A stretch of 64,000 nucleotides of DNA, taken from assembly GCA_963836075.1 (NCBI GenBank), contig CAWIIB010000009.1:2144001-2208000 (forward strand). Reading direction: 5' to 3'. The notes below the pieces were generated by a model. It was not told where the DNA came from. It saw only the letters and a program-made list of their open reading frames with translations, and searched no databases. The position numbers and the translations under genes are program-made. The DNA comes from an uncultured Acidobacteriota bacterium. GTDB lineage: Bacteria; Acidobacteriota; JAQAZP01. Every line of letters starts with the position of its first letter. Positions within the stretch are counted from its first letter, which is position 1. Positions 10,942 through 20,584 of the stretch are shown here, piece by piece.

Positions 10942-11874
10942 ATGAAGGTGATGGTTACGGGCGGTGCGGGTTTTATCGGATCGAACCTGGTGGACCGCCT
11001 GATCGGGGAAGGCCACCAGGTGGTGGTGGTGGACGACCTCTCCACCGGACGGCGGGAAAACCTCCACCCCGACGTCACGTTCTACCAGCGGGATATCAGG
11101 GACGAGGCCCTGGAAGAGATCTTTGCCGGCGAGGGAATCGAGGCGATCTTCCACCTGGCGGCGCAGATGGATGTCCGCAAGTCGGTCTCCGACCCGGTGT
11201 ATGACGCCCGGGTCAACATCCTCGGCACCATCAACCTCATCGAATCGGGGCTGAAGCACGGGCTGAAGAAGTTCGTCTACGCCTCCACCGGCGGCGCGGT
11301 GTACGGCGAACCGCAGTTCATGCCGGTGACCGAGGACCACCCGATCAACCCCGACTGCCAGTACGGTATCTCCAAGCACACCGTGGAGCACTACCTCTAC
11401 GTCTACCACCGCCTCCAGGGCCTGAACTGGACCGCTCTGCGCTACCCCAACGTGTTCGGGCCGCGGCAGAACCCCCACGGCGAGGCCGGGGTGGTGGCCA
11501 TCTTCATCCAGCTCCTCTCCGCAGGCAGGCAGTGCACCATTTTTGGCGACGGGTCGAAGACCCGCGACTATGTCTTCATCGACGACGTGGTGCAGGCCAA
11601 CATCGTCGCCCTCGAGCGCGGTGACAACGCCTGCTACAACCTCGGCTGGGGAACCCAGGTCAGCGACTTCACCATTTTCGACACGGTGCGCCGGGCGCTT
11701 GATCTTACGGTCGAGCCCCGTTACGAGGACGTGCGTGCCGGTGAGATCTTCCACATCTGCCTCGAGGCGGGCAAGATCCGGGAGCAGCTGGGGTGGGAGC
11801 CCGCGGTGACGCTGGAAGAGGGGGTTGCCCGGACCATCGAGTGGTATCGCCGGACCGGCGGCGTGGGCCGGTGA
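10942..11874 (+). CDS. NAD-dependent epimerase/dehydratase (UDP-glucose 4-epimerase-like)
   Basis: VTGGAGFIGS, HLAAQMDVRKS, STGGAVYG, YGISK, LRYPNVFGPRQ. Confidence 0.9.
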   Translation: MKVMVTGGAGFIGSNLVDRLIGEGHQVVVVDDLSTGRRENLHPDVTFYQRDIRDEALEEIFAGEGIEAIFHLAAQMDVRKSVSDPVYDARVNILGTINLIESGLKHGLKKFVYASTGGAVYGEPQFMPVTEDHPINPDCQYGISKHTVEHYLYVYHRLQGLNWTALRYPNVFGPRQNPHGEAGVVAIFIQLLSAGRQCTIFGDGSKTRDYVFIDDVVQANIVALERGDNACYNLGWGTQVSDFTIFDTVRRALDLTVEPRYEDVRAGEIFHICLEAGKIREQLGWEPAVTLEEGVARTIEWYRRTGGVGR

Positions 11875-11915
11875 CCCGGCCCGCCGCGGCTGGTCTGTAA
11901 CCATTGGGTTGACCC

Positions 11916-13778
11916 GTGAATCGAGTCCGGGCCATCGTCCGCTTTTTCTTCCGCTGCGCCGGCGCCGGGCTGGTGCTGGCCGTTCCGGCGCTGGTCCTGT
12001 CCCTGCTGCTCAACCCCGGGTTTCCCCACCCGGGACGCCACGCACTGACCCTCTGGCTGCTCTTCGCCCTCTTCTACTCCCTGCTCTGGACCGCGGGCGC
12101 CGCGCTGGCACTCCTGCCGCTGAGGCTGTTGCGGCGGAGGCGGGCCGCACCACGATCCGCCGGGGAACCAGGAGCGCGCCGCCGGCCGGCCCTGGCCCTG
12201 GCCTTTCTCTACACCGCCGGCGCTTTTGTCTTTAACGCCGTGCACAACCGGACCACCGTGGCCCCGCCGGGAACAGTGCTGATCATTGCCGGGGCACTGC
12301 TCTGCCTCCTTGCCGCCGCTGCCATGATCCTGCCCCTCCGGCCACGGGCCGGGCGGGCCCGGCGCCGCGGTATTGCCATGCTGCCGCTCCTTTTGCTGCT
12401 GGTGCTGCCGCTCTTCCGGCCGGCCGCGGCCGGGCCGCCGGAACCCGGGGAGGTCGAGAAACCGGTGATCCAGTTGGACAGCGGGCGGAGGGTGTTCATC
12501 ATCGGTATCGACAGCGCTTCCTGGGCCGAGGTGGATCCCCTGCTGGAACGGGGTCTGCTGCCCAATCTGGGGCGTCTGGTGGAGCAGGGCATCCGCGGCG
12601 ACCTGGAGACGCTGGTGCCCACCGAGTCCCCCCTGCTCTGGGCCTCCATGGCCACCGGCAAACTCCCCGCCGGCCACGGTGTGCGCTTCTTCCTCCGCGC
12701 CGATTTCCCCGGGGTGGGGCATCCGCTCTTTCTCTTTCCCCAGAAGCTGTTTCTCGGCCGGATGGAGATGCTGAAGCTGATGCGTTTTTGCACCATCGAC
12801 GGGTCGCAGATGACCGCGGCGGCGTTCTGGGACGTGGCCGGCCGGCAGTTGCCGGTGGGGGTGGTGAACTGGTGGCAAACCTATCCGGCGGCCCGGGTCA
12901 ACGGATACATGGTCACCGACCACGTATCTTTCGTGGGCCTGCGCCACGATCCCCCCTGGGGCCCGGGGTTGACCAACCCGCCGGGGCTGGCCCGGCGGAT
13001 CAGCGAATGGGAGGCGGCCGACCCGCTGCCCGGGGCCGAGGAGACCCGGGCCCGATTTTTCCGCAGCGGCGGCGCCAGGATCAGCGAGCTGGAGGAATAC
13101 ATCCACTGGCGCTGTTTCGAGCCGGACCAGAAAACCGCCCGCATCGTCCAGCGGCTGCTGGAGGAGGAGCCGTTGCCCCGGCTGCTGGCGGTCTACTGGA
13201 ACGGCCTCGACCCGGTGGGTCACTTTTTCATGCGCTTTGCCCACCCCGAGCAGTTCGGCGGAGTGGACACGGATCTGGTGACACGCTATGGTCTCGTCCT
13301 CGAACGCTATTACCGTTACACCGACCAGTTGATCGGCCTCGTCCTGGAGAGGATGGACGACCGAACCGCGGTGATCCTGGTTTCCGATCACGGCATGGAA
13401 CCGTACCGGGGCGTGAAACGGCTCTACAACACATACCTGATGGGCGGCCCGCTGATGACCGCCGCCCACCGGGACGCGCCGCCGGGGATTGTGGTGCTTG
13501 CCGGGGCGGGGATCAACCGGGGGGGTCGGCTGGACCGGGCCTCGGTGGTTGACATCGGGCCCACGGCCCTGGCGCTCCTCGGCTACCCTCCGGCCCTGGA
13601 TTTCGACGGCCGGGTGCTGGAGGAGGCGCTGCAGCCGGCGGTGGCGCGGGATCTGGCGGCGCTGCCGCGGCCGGCGAGCTACGACGGCCTGATCCTGCCG
13701 CGGTCCACCGGGACCGGGGACCCGGCCGACGACGACGCCTTCCGGCAGCACCTCGAGGACCTGGGATACATTGAGTGA
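11916..13778 (+). CDS. Membrane-anchored alkaline phosphatase-superfamily (nucleotide pyrophosphatase/phosphodiesterase-like) protein
   Basis: About five N-terminal TMs, IIGIDSA, PTESPLLWASMATG, DPVGH, LVSDHGM, VDIGPT, C-terminal LEDLGYIE. Confidence 0.8.
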   Translation: MNRVRAIVRFFFRCAGAGLVLAVPALVLSLLLNPGFPHPGRHALTLWLLFALFYSLLWTAGAALALLPLRLLRRRRAAPRSAGEPGARRRPALALAFLYTAGAFVFNAVHNRTTVAPPGTVLIIAGALLCLLAAAAMILPLRPRAGRARRRGIAMLPLLLLLVLPLFRPAAAGPPEPGEVEKPVIQLDSGRRVFIIGIDSASWAEVDPLLERGLLPNLGRLVEQGIRGDLETLVPTESPLLWASMATGKLPAGHGVRFFLRADFPGVGHPLFLFPQKLFLGRMEMLKLMRFCTIDGSQMTAAAFWDVAGRQLPVGVVNWWQTYPAARVNGYMVTDHVSFVGLRHDPPWGPGLTNPPGLARRISEWEAADPLPGAEETRARFFRSGGARISELEEYIHWRCFEPDQKTARIVQRLLEEEPLPRLLAVYWNGLDPVGHFFMRFAHPEQFGGVDTDLVTRYGLVLERYYRYTDQLIGLVLERMDDRTAVILVSDHGMEPYRGVKRLYNTYLMGGPLMTAAHRDAPPGIVVLAGAGINRGGRLDRASVVDIGPTALALLGYPPALDFDGRVLEEALQPAVARDLAALPRPASYDGLILPRSTGTGDPADDDAFRQHLEDLGYIE

Positions 13779-15240
13779 CCATGGCCAGATCAGTGTGGCG
13801 ACGAGAGGACCGGCGGCACTGCTGCTGCAGCGGCCGCTGCTGCTGATCTTCCTCCTCGGCCTGGTGCTGCGCCTGGGATTTCTCGGGGCGGTGGAACTCA
13901 CCGGGGCCCTGGAAATTGCCGAGGGGGCCATCTTCCGCGACCTGGCAAACAACATTCTCGACGGCCGGGGCATGTCGATTTCTCCCCGGCTGCTGGAGGT
14001 GCGTCCGGGGTCCCCGGAGCATGTGCTGGAACTGCAGCGCCGCTGGATCGAGTCCGGCGGGCTGTTCGGCATGATTCCTCCAGGAAAGCCCACGGCCTTC
14101 TTCATGCCGCTCTACCCGCTGTTCCTCGCCGGTATCTTTGCCGTTCTGGGCAACGGGTTCTTTCCGGCCCGGCTGGTGCAGATGATGCTTTCGGCCCTGC
14201 TGCCGCTCATCGGCTTTCACCTGGGCCAGCGGGCCGTGGGGCGTGAGACCGGCCTGGCCGCGGCGCTGCTGGTCGCCGTCCACCCCTACTTTATCTACTA
14301 TGCCGGTCTGCTGGTGACCCAGACCCTCTTCGTGGTTTTGCTGGGGCTGGCTTCCAGTGCGTACTACGCGCTGCGCCGCCGCCCTTCAGCCGGCCGGGCG
14401 ACGCTGCTGGGCCTGCTGCTGGGGCTCTCCTTCCTCACCCGCACCTTTACCGCCACCTTCCTGCCGCTGCTGTTGCTGGCCATGATCGCCGAGCTGGGTT
14501 TTGCCCGGTGGTTCCCCGGCACCGGGGCCGCCGGCGACGGCCGCCGGCCGCTGGTCCGGGCCGCCGGCCTGGCCCTGGTCACCGTGGCCGTGTTTACCGC
14601 CGTGGCCACGCCGTGGGTGATCCGCAACTACGGGCTGTTCCACGAGCTGGTGATCCTGCCCACCAAGGGGGGGCGCAACCTCTGGGAATACAACAACCAG
14701 AAGTTTTCCACCGAATTCGAGATGGCGGAGAACGCCTGGACCCGGGAGCGCTACCAGGAGATCCGCCAGTCGGAATTGCCGACGCTCCGGCGAAAGGAGA
14801 CGGTGGAGTTCCCTGTTTTTTCCCCGGACCTGCCGGAAACCGAGCGCAACCGGATCCTCAACAACAACGTCAAAACCTTCATCATGGCCAACCCGCGGGT
14901 CTATTTCCGCCTGTGCCTGGTCCGGGCCAGCGAGATGGTCCGGGTGACACCGGTGCGCAAGTCGAACCCGCTGTTCAAGGTGGTGGCCTGGCTGACCATC
15001 GGCTGGCAACTGCCCCTGGCGCTGGTGGGGATGGTGATGCTGGCCCGGCGCTGGCGGAGCGGGCCGCTCTACCTCTACCTGCTGACCCTCTTCTACCTGT
15101 CGCTGCACGCCCTGGTGGCCGCCGGAACACCCCACCGGGTTCAGGTGGACCTGTACCTGCTGGTCTTCTGCGCCCACCCCCTGGCCTGGCTGGTCCGGCG
15201 CCTCTCCGGCCGGCCCGCATCCGGGGGAGGGCCGCAATGA
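13771..15240 (+). CDS. GT-C fold (ArnT/PMT_2-like) membrane glycosyltransferase
   Basis: TAFFMPLYPLFLA, many TMs, LSFLTR, PWVIRNY, GGRNLW; overlaps the upstream stop. Confidence 0.75.
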   Translation: MSDHGQISVATRGPAALLLQRPLLLIFLLGLVLRLGFLGAVELTGALEIAEGAIFRDLANNILDGRGMSISPRLLEVRPGSPEHVLELQRRWIESGGLFGMIPPGKPTAFFMPLYPLFLAGIFAVLGNGFFPARLVQMMLSALLPLIGFHLGQRAVGRETGLAAALLVAVHPYFIYYAGLLVTQTLFVVLLGLASSAYYALRRRPSAGRATLLGLLLGLSFLTRTFTATFLPLLLLAMIAELGFARWFPGTGAAGDGRRPLVRAAGLALVTVAVFTAVATPWVIRNYGLFHELVILPTKGGRNLWEYNNQKFSTEFEMAENAWTRERYQEIRQSELPTLRRKETVEFPVFSPDLPETERNRILNNNVKTFIMANPRVYFRLCLVRASEMVRVTPVRKSNPLFKVVAWLTIGWQLPLALVGMVMLARRWRSGPLYLYLLTLFYLSLHALVAAGTPHRVQVDLYLLVFCAHPLAWLVRRLSGRPASGGGPQ

Positions 15241-17090
15241 GGATCAGGCCCTTCCTGCTGCTGCGCTACCTCTTCACCACCTCCCTCTTCCTGTTGATCT
15301 TTTACTGCTTCCGGGAGGACTGGCGGCAGGGGATCGGTTCCTTTGCCGACCTCGACCTGCGGCTCTTCGCCCTGGCCCTCCCCATGGTGGTGGTGCACTA
15401 CCTGCTCAAGGCCTGGAAGTGGCAGGCGCTGCTGCACCGCCGCGGCGTCGTGGTAGGGTTCGGGCTGGCCATGCGCTCGCTGCTGGCCGGTGTGGCCCTC
15501 AGCCTCTTCACCCCGCTCAACCTGGGGGAGCTGGGGCGGGTACTCTACCTGCCCGGGAGGAGCCGGAGCACGCTGGCCGGCCTGGTGCTGGTGGACAAGG
15601 CGCTGGACCTCACCGCGGTCTTTCTCTTCGCCGTCCCCGGTACGCTGCTGCTCTTCGGTGTCTGGTGGGCCCTGCTGCCGGCCGGTGCGGCCCTTGCCGC
15701 CATGTCGGTGCTGGTGCTCGGTCCGGCCGTCGCCGGCCTGCTGCGGCGTTGCTACTGGCTGGGGCCGGTGCGGGCCAGGGCGGTGCGGGCCGCTCTGGCC
15801 GCGGCCCGCGTGGGGCCCGGCACCGCCATCCTGCTGCTGCTTGTGGCTCTGGCCGCGTTTTTCGTAGTATACCTACTCTACTTCGTGTTGTTGCGGGGCC
15901 TGGCGCCGGCAGTTGATCTGCGGCTGGGCCAGGTGATGACCGTGGTGCCGCTGGTGATGGCCGGCCGCCTGGTGCCGCTCACCGTCAGCGGTCTGGGGGC
16001 CCGCGAGTGGATCGCCGCCCTCCTTTTTCCGGGGATCGGCGTTACCGAGGCGGTGGCCGTGGAGGTGACCCTGTTGGTCTTTCTGTTGACATCAGCCTGT
16101 CCGGCGCTCGTCGGCGCCCTCACCCGTCCGCGGCGGAAAGGGGATACCTCTCCCCGGGGGTGCGGGTCAGCCGGGGCGGTGCTGGTTCTCCTGCTGCTGG
16201 TTTTTTCCGCCACTGCGCCGGCCCAGACCATGGCGCCGATCACCTTCGGTTCCGGCGGCCGGGAGGGCAGCATTCCCGCTGAATATTTCCCCCGTTTCCG
16301 GAACAACGAGCAGGTGGAACAGGTGGTGGACGGGTACCGCTACTGGCTGGAGGGGAAGCGTGACGAGGCCCTGGTGCTCTTCGAGACGGCCGCCGCGGCC
16401 GAGCCGGACAACTACCAGCCGCTGAAGCTGCTGGCCCACGTCTACATGGAGACCGGTCGGCTGGCCGACGCCCGGACGGCCCTGGAGCGCGCCGTGGAAC
16501 TGTTCCCCTACGACGGCTGGAACCACCGCCTGTTCTCCAGGCTGCGCCAGATGGAAGGTGACCTGCCGGGGGCGATCCGCTCCGGCGAGGAAGCCTGCCG
16601 CCGCAGCAAGGAGGATGTCTCGCACTATATCTGGCTGGCCGGCCTTTTTCGCGAGGCCGGTGACAGCAGGCGCGAGTTGAAACTCTATCGCAAGGCGGTG
16701 GAGATGGATCCCCACGACGCCGACCTGCACCAAAGGCTGGCCCAGCTGTACGAGGGGCAGGGCAAACGGAAAAAGGCCTTTTTCGAATACGCCGAGGCGG
16801 TGCGGCGTGATGCCCGACGCTGCGACCTGCTGGTGCTGCTGGTGGAGATGTCCGCGGAGCTGGACCGGCCCGAGGACCTGGAGACCTACCTGCGCGACGC
16901 GCTGCGCTGTGACCGGGCCGGGCTGTTCACCAGCCGCCTGGAGCCCTGGCTGCACCTTGCCCCGCCGGCACTGTTGCCGGGCGCCGGCGACGAACCGGCT
17001 GAGGAAACGGCGGAGGAGGATCCGGCAGGCGAGGCACCGGCCGTGGAACCCGCGGAACTCACCGGTGCGCAGAACGGGGAAGGTGCCTGA
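15237..17090 (+). CDS. Lysylphosphatidylglycerol-synthase-TM (flippase-like) domain fused to a TPR-repeat domain
   Basis: ATGA overlap start. LKAWKWQALL, FTPLNLGELGR, LVDKALDL and VPLTVSGLGARE are followed by several TPRs (ALERAVELFP, YRKAVEMDP). Confidence 0.75.
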   Translation: MRIRPFLLLRYLFTTSLFLLIFYCFREDWRQGIGSFADLDLRLFALALPMVVVHYLLKAWKWQALLHRRGVVVGFGLAMRSLLAGVALSLFTPLNLGELGRVLYLPGRSRSTLAGLVLVDKALDLTAVFLFAVPGTLLLFGVWWALLPAGAALAAMSVLVLGPAVAGLLRRCYWLGPVRARAVRAALAAARVGPGTAILLLLVALAAFFVVYLLYFVLLRGLAPAVDLRLGQVMTVVPLVMAGRLVPLTVSGLGAREWIAALLFPGIGVTEAVAVEVTLLVFLLTSACPALVGALTRPRRKGDTSPRGCGSAGAVLVLLLLVFSATAPAQTMAPITFGSGGREGSIPAEYFPRFRNNEQVEQVVDGYRYWLEGKRDEALVLFETAAAAEPDNYQPLKLLAHVYMETGRLADARTALERAVELFPYDGWNHRLFSRLRQMEGDLPGAIRSGEEACRRSKEDVSHYIWLAGLFREAGDSRRELKLYRKAVEMDPHDADLHQRLAQLYEGQGKRKKAFFEYAEAVRRDARRCDLLVLLVEMSAELDRPEDLETYLRDALRCDRAGLFTSRLEPWLHLAPPALLPGAGDEPAEETAEEDPAGEAPAVEPAELTGAQNGEGA

Positions 17091-18608
17091 GTGGGTCTCA
17101 CCTATGACAGGCCGGGCAGCGAGGGCGATCTGGCGGAGCAGCGCGACCACCGAGGCGATGACCGTCGTGGCCGGGGCGGCCCGCCCCGTCCCGACATCCT
17201 GCTGACCCACGGCTACTATCTCTCATCGGACAAGGTCGAGCAGCGGGTGATGAAGCCCTATCCGCCCCTGGGGATTCTCTATCTCTCCGCCTGGCTCAAG
17301 CAGGCCGGCTTCCTGGTGGAGGTGCTGGACACCACGTTCCTCGACCCGGTGAGATACCATACCCGGCTGGCCGAGGTCCGGCCGAAAAGCGTCGGCATCT
17401 ATGCCACGGTGATCACCCGGCACAATGTGCTGCGCATGGTGGGTGACGCCGCGGGCTTCGGCGTCCCGGTGATCGTGGGCGGGCCGGACCCGGCCCAGTA
17501 TATCGACCAGTACCTGCGGGCCGGCGCCGCCGCCGTGGCCCTGGGCGAGGGGGAGGAGACCCTGGAGCAGTGGCTGCGCCTGGCACTGGACAAGGGACCG
17601 GACGCGGCGGAGCTTGAGGAGGTGGCCGGCCTCGTCCTCCCCCGCAACGGCAGCCACCACCGCACGGCGCCGCGCCCGCCCATCCGGGATCTCCACCGGC
17701 TGCCCTGGCCGGACCGGGAGGCCATCGATTTCCAGCACTACATCCGCAGCTGGCGCGCCCGTCACGGCGAGGCGTCGCTCTCCATCCTCACCGCCCGGGG
17801 CTGTCCCTTTGACTGCAGCTGGTGCTCGCGGGAGGTGTATGGCCAGACGCACCGCCAGCGGGATCCGGCTGACGTGGCCCGGGAACTGCGGCACCTCAAG
17901 GAACAGTACCAGCCCGACGCGGTCTGGATCGTCGATGATGTCCTGACCCTGAACCGCAAGTGGGTTCCCCGTTTTGCGGAAGCCGTGGAAGCGGAGGACG
18001 CGGCGCTGCCCTTCGAGTGTCTCTCCCGGGTGGACTGCGTGGACCGGGACACCCTTCGCGCCCTCCGGCGGATCGGCTGTTTCCGCATCTGGTACGGGGC
18101 GGAATCGGGTGAGCAGCGAATTATCGACCGGATGAACAAGAAGTTCACCGTGGACCAGGTACGGGAGTCGACGGCACTGACCAGGGAGGCCGGGATCGAG
18201 GTGGGCCATTTCATCATGCTCGGGTATCCCGGGGAGACGCGCCGCGACATCCTTTCCACCATCCGCTTCCTCAAGGAGACCCGGCCGGACCACTTCGGCC
18301 CTTCGGTGGCCTTCCCGATCAAGGGCACGGCATTTTACGAGGAGGTGAAGGACCGGGTGGTGGAGGACCAGGTCTGGTCCCAGCGCAACCAGAACCGGCT
18401 GATGTTCCGCGGTCGCTACCCGGCGCTCTTTTACTGGTTTGCCATCCGCCTGGTGAACAACGAGGTTCCCCTGTTCAACCGCTACCTGCCCGGCTGGCGC
18501 GACCCGCGGAACCTTTTCCGCGCCTTTTCCGCCGCGGTCAAGTCCGTGATCTGCCGGGCCGGCACCCTGGCCATCCACCTCTTCTACCGCCGGCGCCTGG
18601 AACCCTGA
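17091..18608 (+). CDS. B12-binding radical SAM protein (class B methyltransferase-like)
   Basis: YPPLGILYL, IVGGPDP, GEGEET, RGCPFDCSWC, YGAESG, MLGYPGET. Confidence 0.9.
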   Translation: MGLTYDRPGSEGDLAEQRDHRGDDRRGRGGPPRPDILLTHGYYLSSDKVEQRVMKPYPPLGILYLSAWLKQAGFLVEVLDTTFLDPVRYHTRLAEVRPKSVGIYATVITRHNVLRMVGDAAGFGVPVIVGGPDPAQYIDQYLRAGAAAVALGEGEETLEQWLRLALDKGPDAAELEEVAGLVLPRNGSHHRTAPRPPIRDLHRLPWPDREAIDFQHYIRSWRARHGEASLSILTARGCPFDCSWCSREVYGQTHRQRDPADVARELRHLKEQYQPDAVWIVDDVLTLNRKWVPRFAEAVEAEDAALPFECLSRVDCVDRDTLRALRRIGCFRIWYGAESGEQRIIDRMNKKFTVDQVRESTALTREAGIEVGHFIMLGYPGETRRDILSTIRFLKETRPDHFGPSVAFPIKGTAFYEEVKDRVVEDQVWSQRNQNRLMFRGRYPALFYWFAIRLVNNEVPLFNRYLPGWRDPRNLFRAFSAAVKSVICRAGTLAIHLFYRRRLEP

Positions 18609-18911
18609 TCGTATTGGTGTTTTCGGCCCCTGCAGCCCTTCCGGCCCCTTGTCTATTCAGCAGAGGAATGGTATGTTCAGATCAAAAGGCAAGCTCTATC
18701 AATGCAGTATGGAATGGGGTGAAACTCTGCCCCGGCGGTGAGCGGCTTCTGTCTGAAAGTCGATTAAATGGTTATGTTTGCTTAAATATGTATCGATGAA
18801 TAGGCCAGGGGTTGCCCGAGGGAACCTTTTACTGTGAACAGTCGGGGCGGCCGGCAGCATCCGTTCGTCCCTGTCCGGATGCACAACGTCGACCGGTGAT
18901 CGTGTGAAGCC

Positions 18912-20522
18912 ATGAAGACATACCTGGCACTCTTCTTCTCGTCGGTCTGTATCTCGCTCTTCCTGACTCCGCTGATCCTCCGGCTCTCGGAGCGTTACGG
19001 CATCGGCCAGGACATCACCGGCGAACGGAAAATCCACGCCCGGTCCATCCCCCGTCTGGGCGGTATCGCCATCTACCTCTCGGTCATCGCCACCCTCTCC
19101 CTGCTCCTGCTCTACGACAACAAGGTGACCCAGATCTTCAACATCCACCTCAGCGACCTGCGGGTGCTCTTTATCCCGGCCACGCTGCTCTTTCTCGTCG
19201 GTCTGGTGGACGACCTGCGTGGCCTGAACCCCTGGTTCAAGCTGGGGGTCCAGACCTCCGCGGCCCTGATCAGTTTCTGGCTCGGCCTGCGCATCGAGCT
19301 GATCACCAACCCGCTGAGCGGCGACCACGTCACCCTGGGCTGGCTGGCCCTGCCGGTGACCGTGATCTGGCTGGTGGGGGTGACCAACGCCTTCAACATG
19401 GTGGACGGCCTGGACGGCCTGGCCGGCGGCCTGGCCTGTCTGATCTCCATTTCGGTGGGGTTGATGGCCCTGGTCAACGGCCGGGTGCTGATCGCCATCT
19501 TCACCGTGACCATCGTCGGCGCCACCCTCGGCTTTCTGCGCTTCAACTTCCATCCGGCGCGGATATTCATGGGTGACGGCGGCAGCTACTTCCTCGGCTT
19601 CCTGCTGGCCTCCCTGGCCGTGCGCACCGGTGGGAAAAGTTCCATCATCGTCTCCATCGCCATTCCGCTGCTGATCCTCGGGGTGCCGATCCTCGAGACG
19701 GGGGTGACGATCCTGCGGCGGCTGTTCGCCGGGAAACCGCTGTTCCGGGCGGACGGCGGACACATGCACCACCAACTGTTGCGGGGTGGGGTCTCCCAGC
19801 GGGTGATCGTCCTGGTGATGTATGTGGTCACCGCCGCCTTCGGTGTTTCCGCCTTCGTCCTGATGGTCAACCGCACCATGGGTATCGCGGTGATGACCCT
19901 GCTGGTCAGCGTGGTGCTGGCCCTGATCTTCACCCGTCTGGGGTATCACGAGTTCAAGGAATTCCGCGACCTGGTGGAGCGGGCCTTCTTCTTCCAGCGC
20001 CGGATCCTCTCCAACCAGATTTTCATCCGTGCCGCGGCGAGCAAGCTGACCGGGTCGCGGAGCCCCGCCGAACTGTTCGGCCAGCTGGCCGTGCTGTTCC
20101 AGCACCTCGGATTCTGCCGGGCCCGCATCGACGTGGCGGTGGCCAGCGACGGGCCGGACTGGCGGATGTTCCACTGGGACTGGTCGCCTTCGGGAGACGT
20201 TCCGGCGGACCAGCCCGGCGAGGGGTGTCCCGACGAGGAAAAGGTCTGGTCGCTGGAAATTCCGCTGGCCAGCGATCCCGGTCTGAAGGCCCGGCTCCAG
20301 CTGAGCCGGCCGCTTGGTTCGGCCCGCCTCTATTTCCAGATCTACTCCCTGGTGGACCTCCTCGGCGGACAGCTTCGCCTGGCGCTGGCGCTCTTCACCC
20401 CCACGGTCTACGACGAATATTTCAGGGAGCGGCTGGAGACGGCCCGGGCGGTAGCCGCGGCCGCCGATGCGGGGGCGGCCCCTGCCCCCGCCGTCGGGCC
20501 CGGCAGGATCCGTTCGGCCTAA
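18912..20522 (+). CDS. MraY/WecA-family undecaprenyl-phosphate HexNAc-1-phosphate transferase with a long C-terminal soluble extension
   Basis: RKIH, IPRLGGIAI, GLVDD, NAFNMVDGLDGLA, FNFHPARIFMGDGGS, HMHH. Confidence 0.9.
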   Translation: MKTYLALFFSSVCISLFLTPLILRLSERYGIGQDITGERKIHARSIPRLGGIAIYLSVIATLSLLLLYDNKVTQIFNIHLSDLRVLFIPATLLFLVGLVDDLRGLNPWFKLGVQTSAALISFWLGLRIELITNPLSGDHVTLGWLALPVTVIWLVGVTNAFNMVDGLDGLAGGLACLISISVGLMALVNGRVLIAIFTVTIVGATLGFLRFNFHPARIFMGDGGSYFLGFLLASLAVRTGGKSSIIVSIAIPLLILGVPILETGVTILRRLFAGKPLFRADGGHMHHQLLRGGVSQRVIVLVMYVVTAAFGVSAFVLMVNRTMGIAVMTLLVSVVLALIFTRLGYHEFKEFRDLVERAFFFQRRILSNQIFIRAAASKLTGSRSPAELFGQLAVLFQHLGFCRARIDVAVASDGPDWRMFHWDWSPSGDVPADQPGEGCPDEEKVWSLEIPLASDPGLKARLQLSRPLGSARLYFQIYSLVDLLGGQLRLALALFTPTVYDEYFRERLETARAVAAAADAGAAPAPAVGPGRIRSA

Positions 20523-20584
20523 CCTGGTCGCCGCTGCTTCAACACCCCCCGTAAAAATGGCATAATCCCCGCCGAGGTGTTTCC

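Noticed and set aside
14508-15236. N-terminal extension of the 860-aa ORF
   Set aside because: Overlaps the GT-C gene out of frame with low-complexity R/P/G sequence; the real start is the ATGA overlap at 15237.
18609-18911. AT-rich island and 61-aa ORF
   Set aside because: Consistent with an ordinary promoter region for the WecA-like gene; the ORF has atypical codon use and no motifs.
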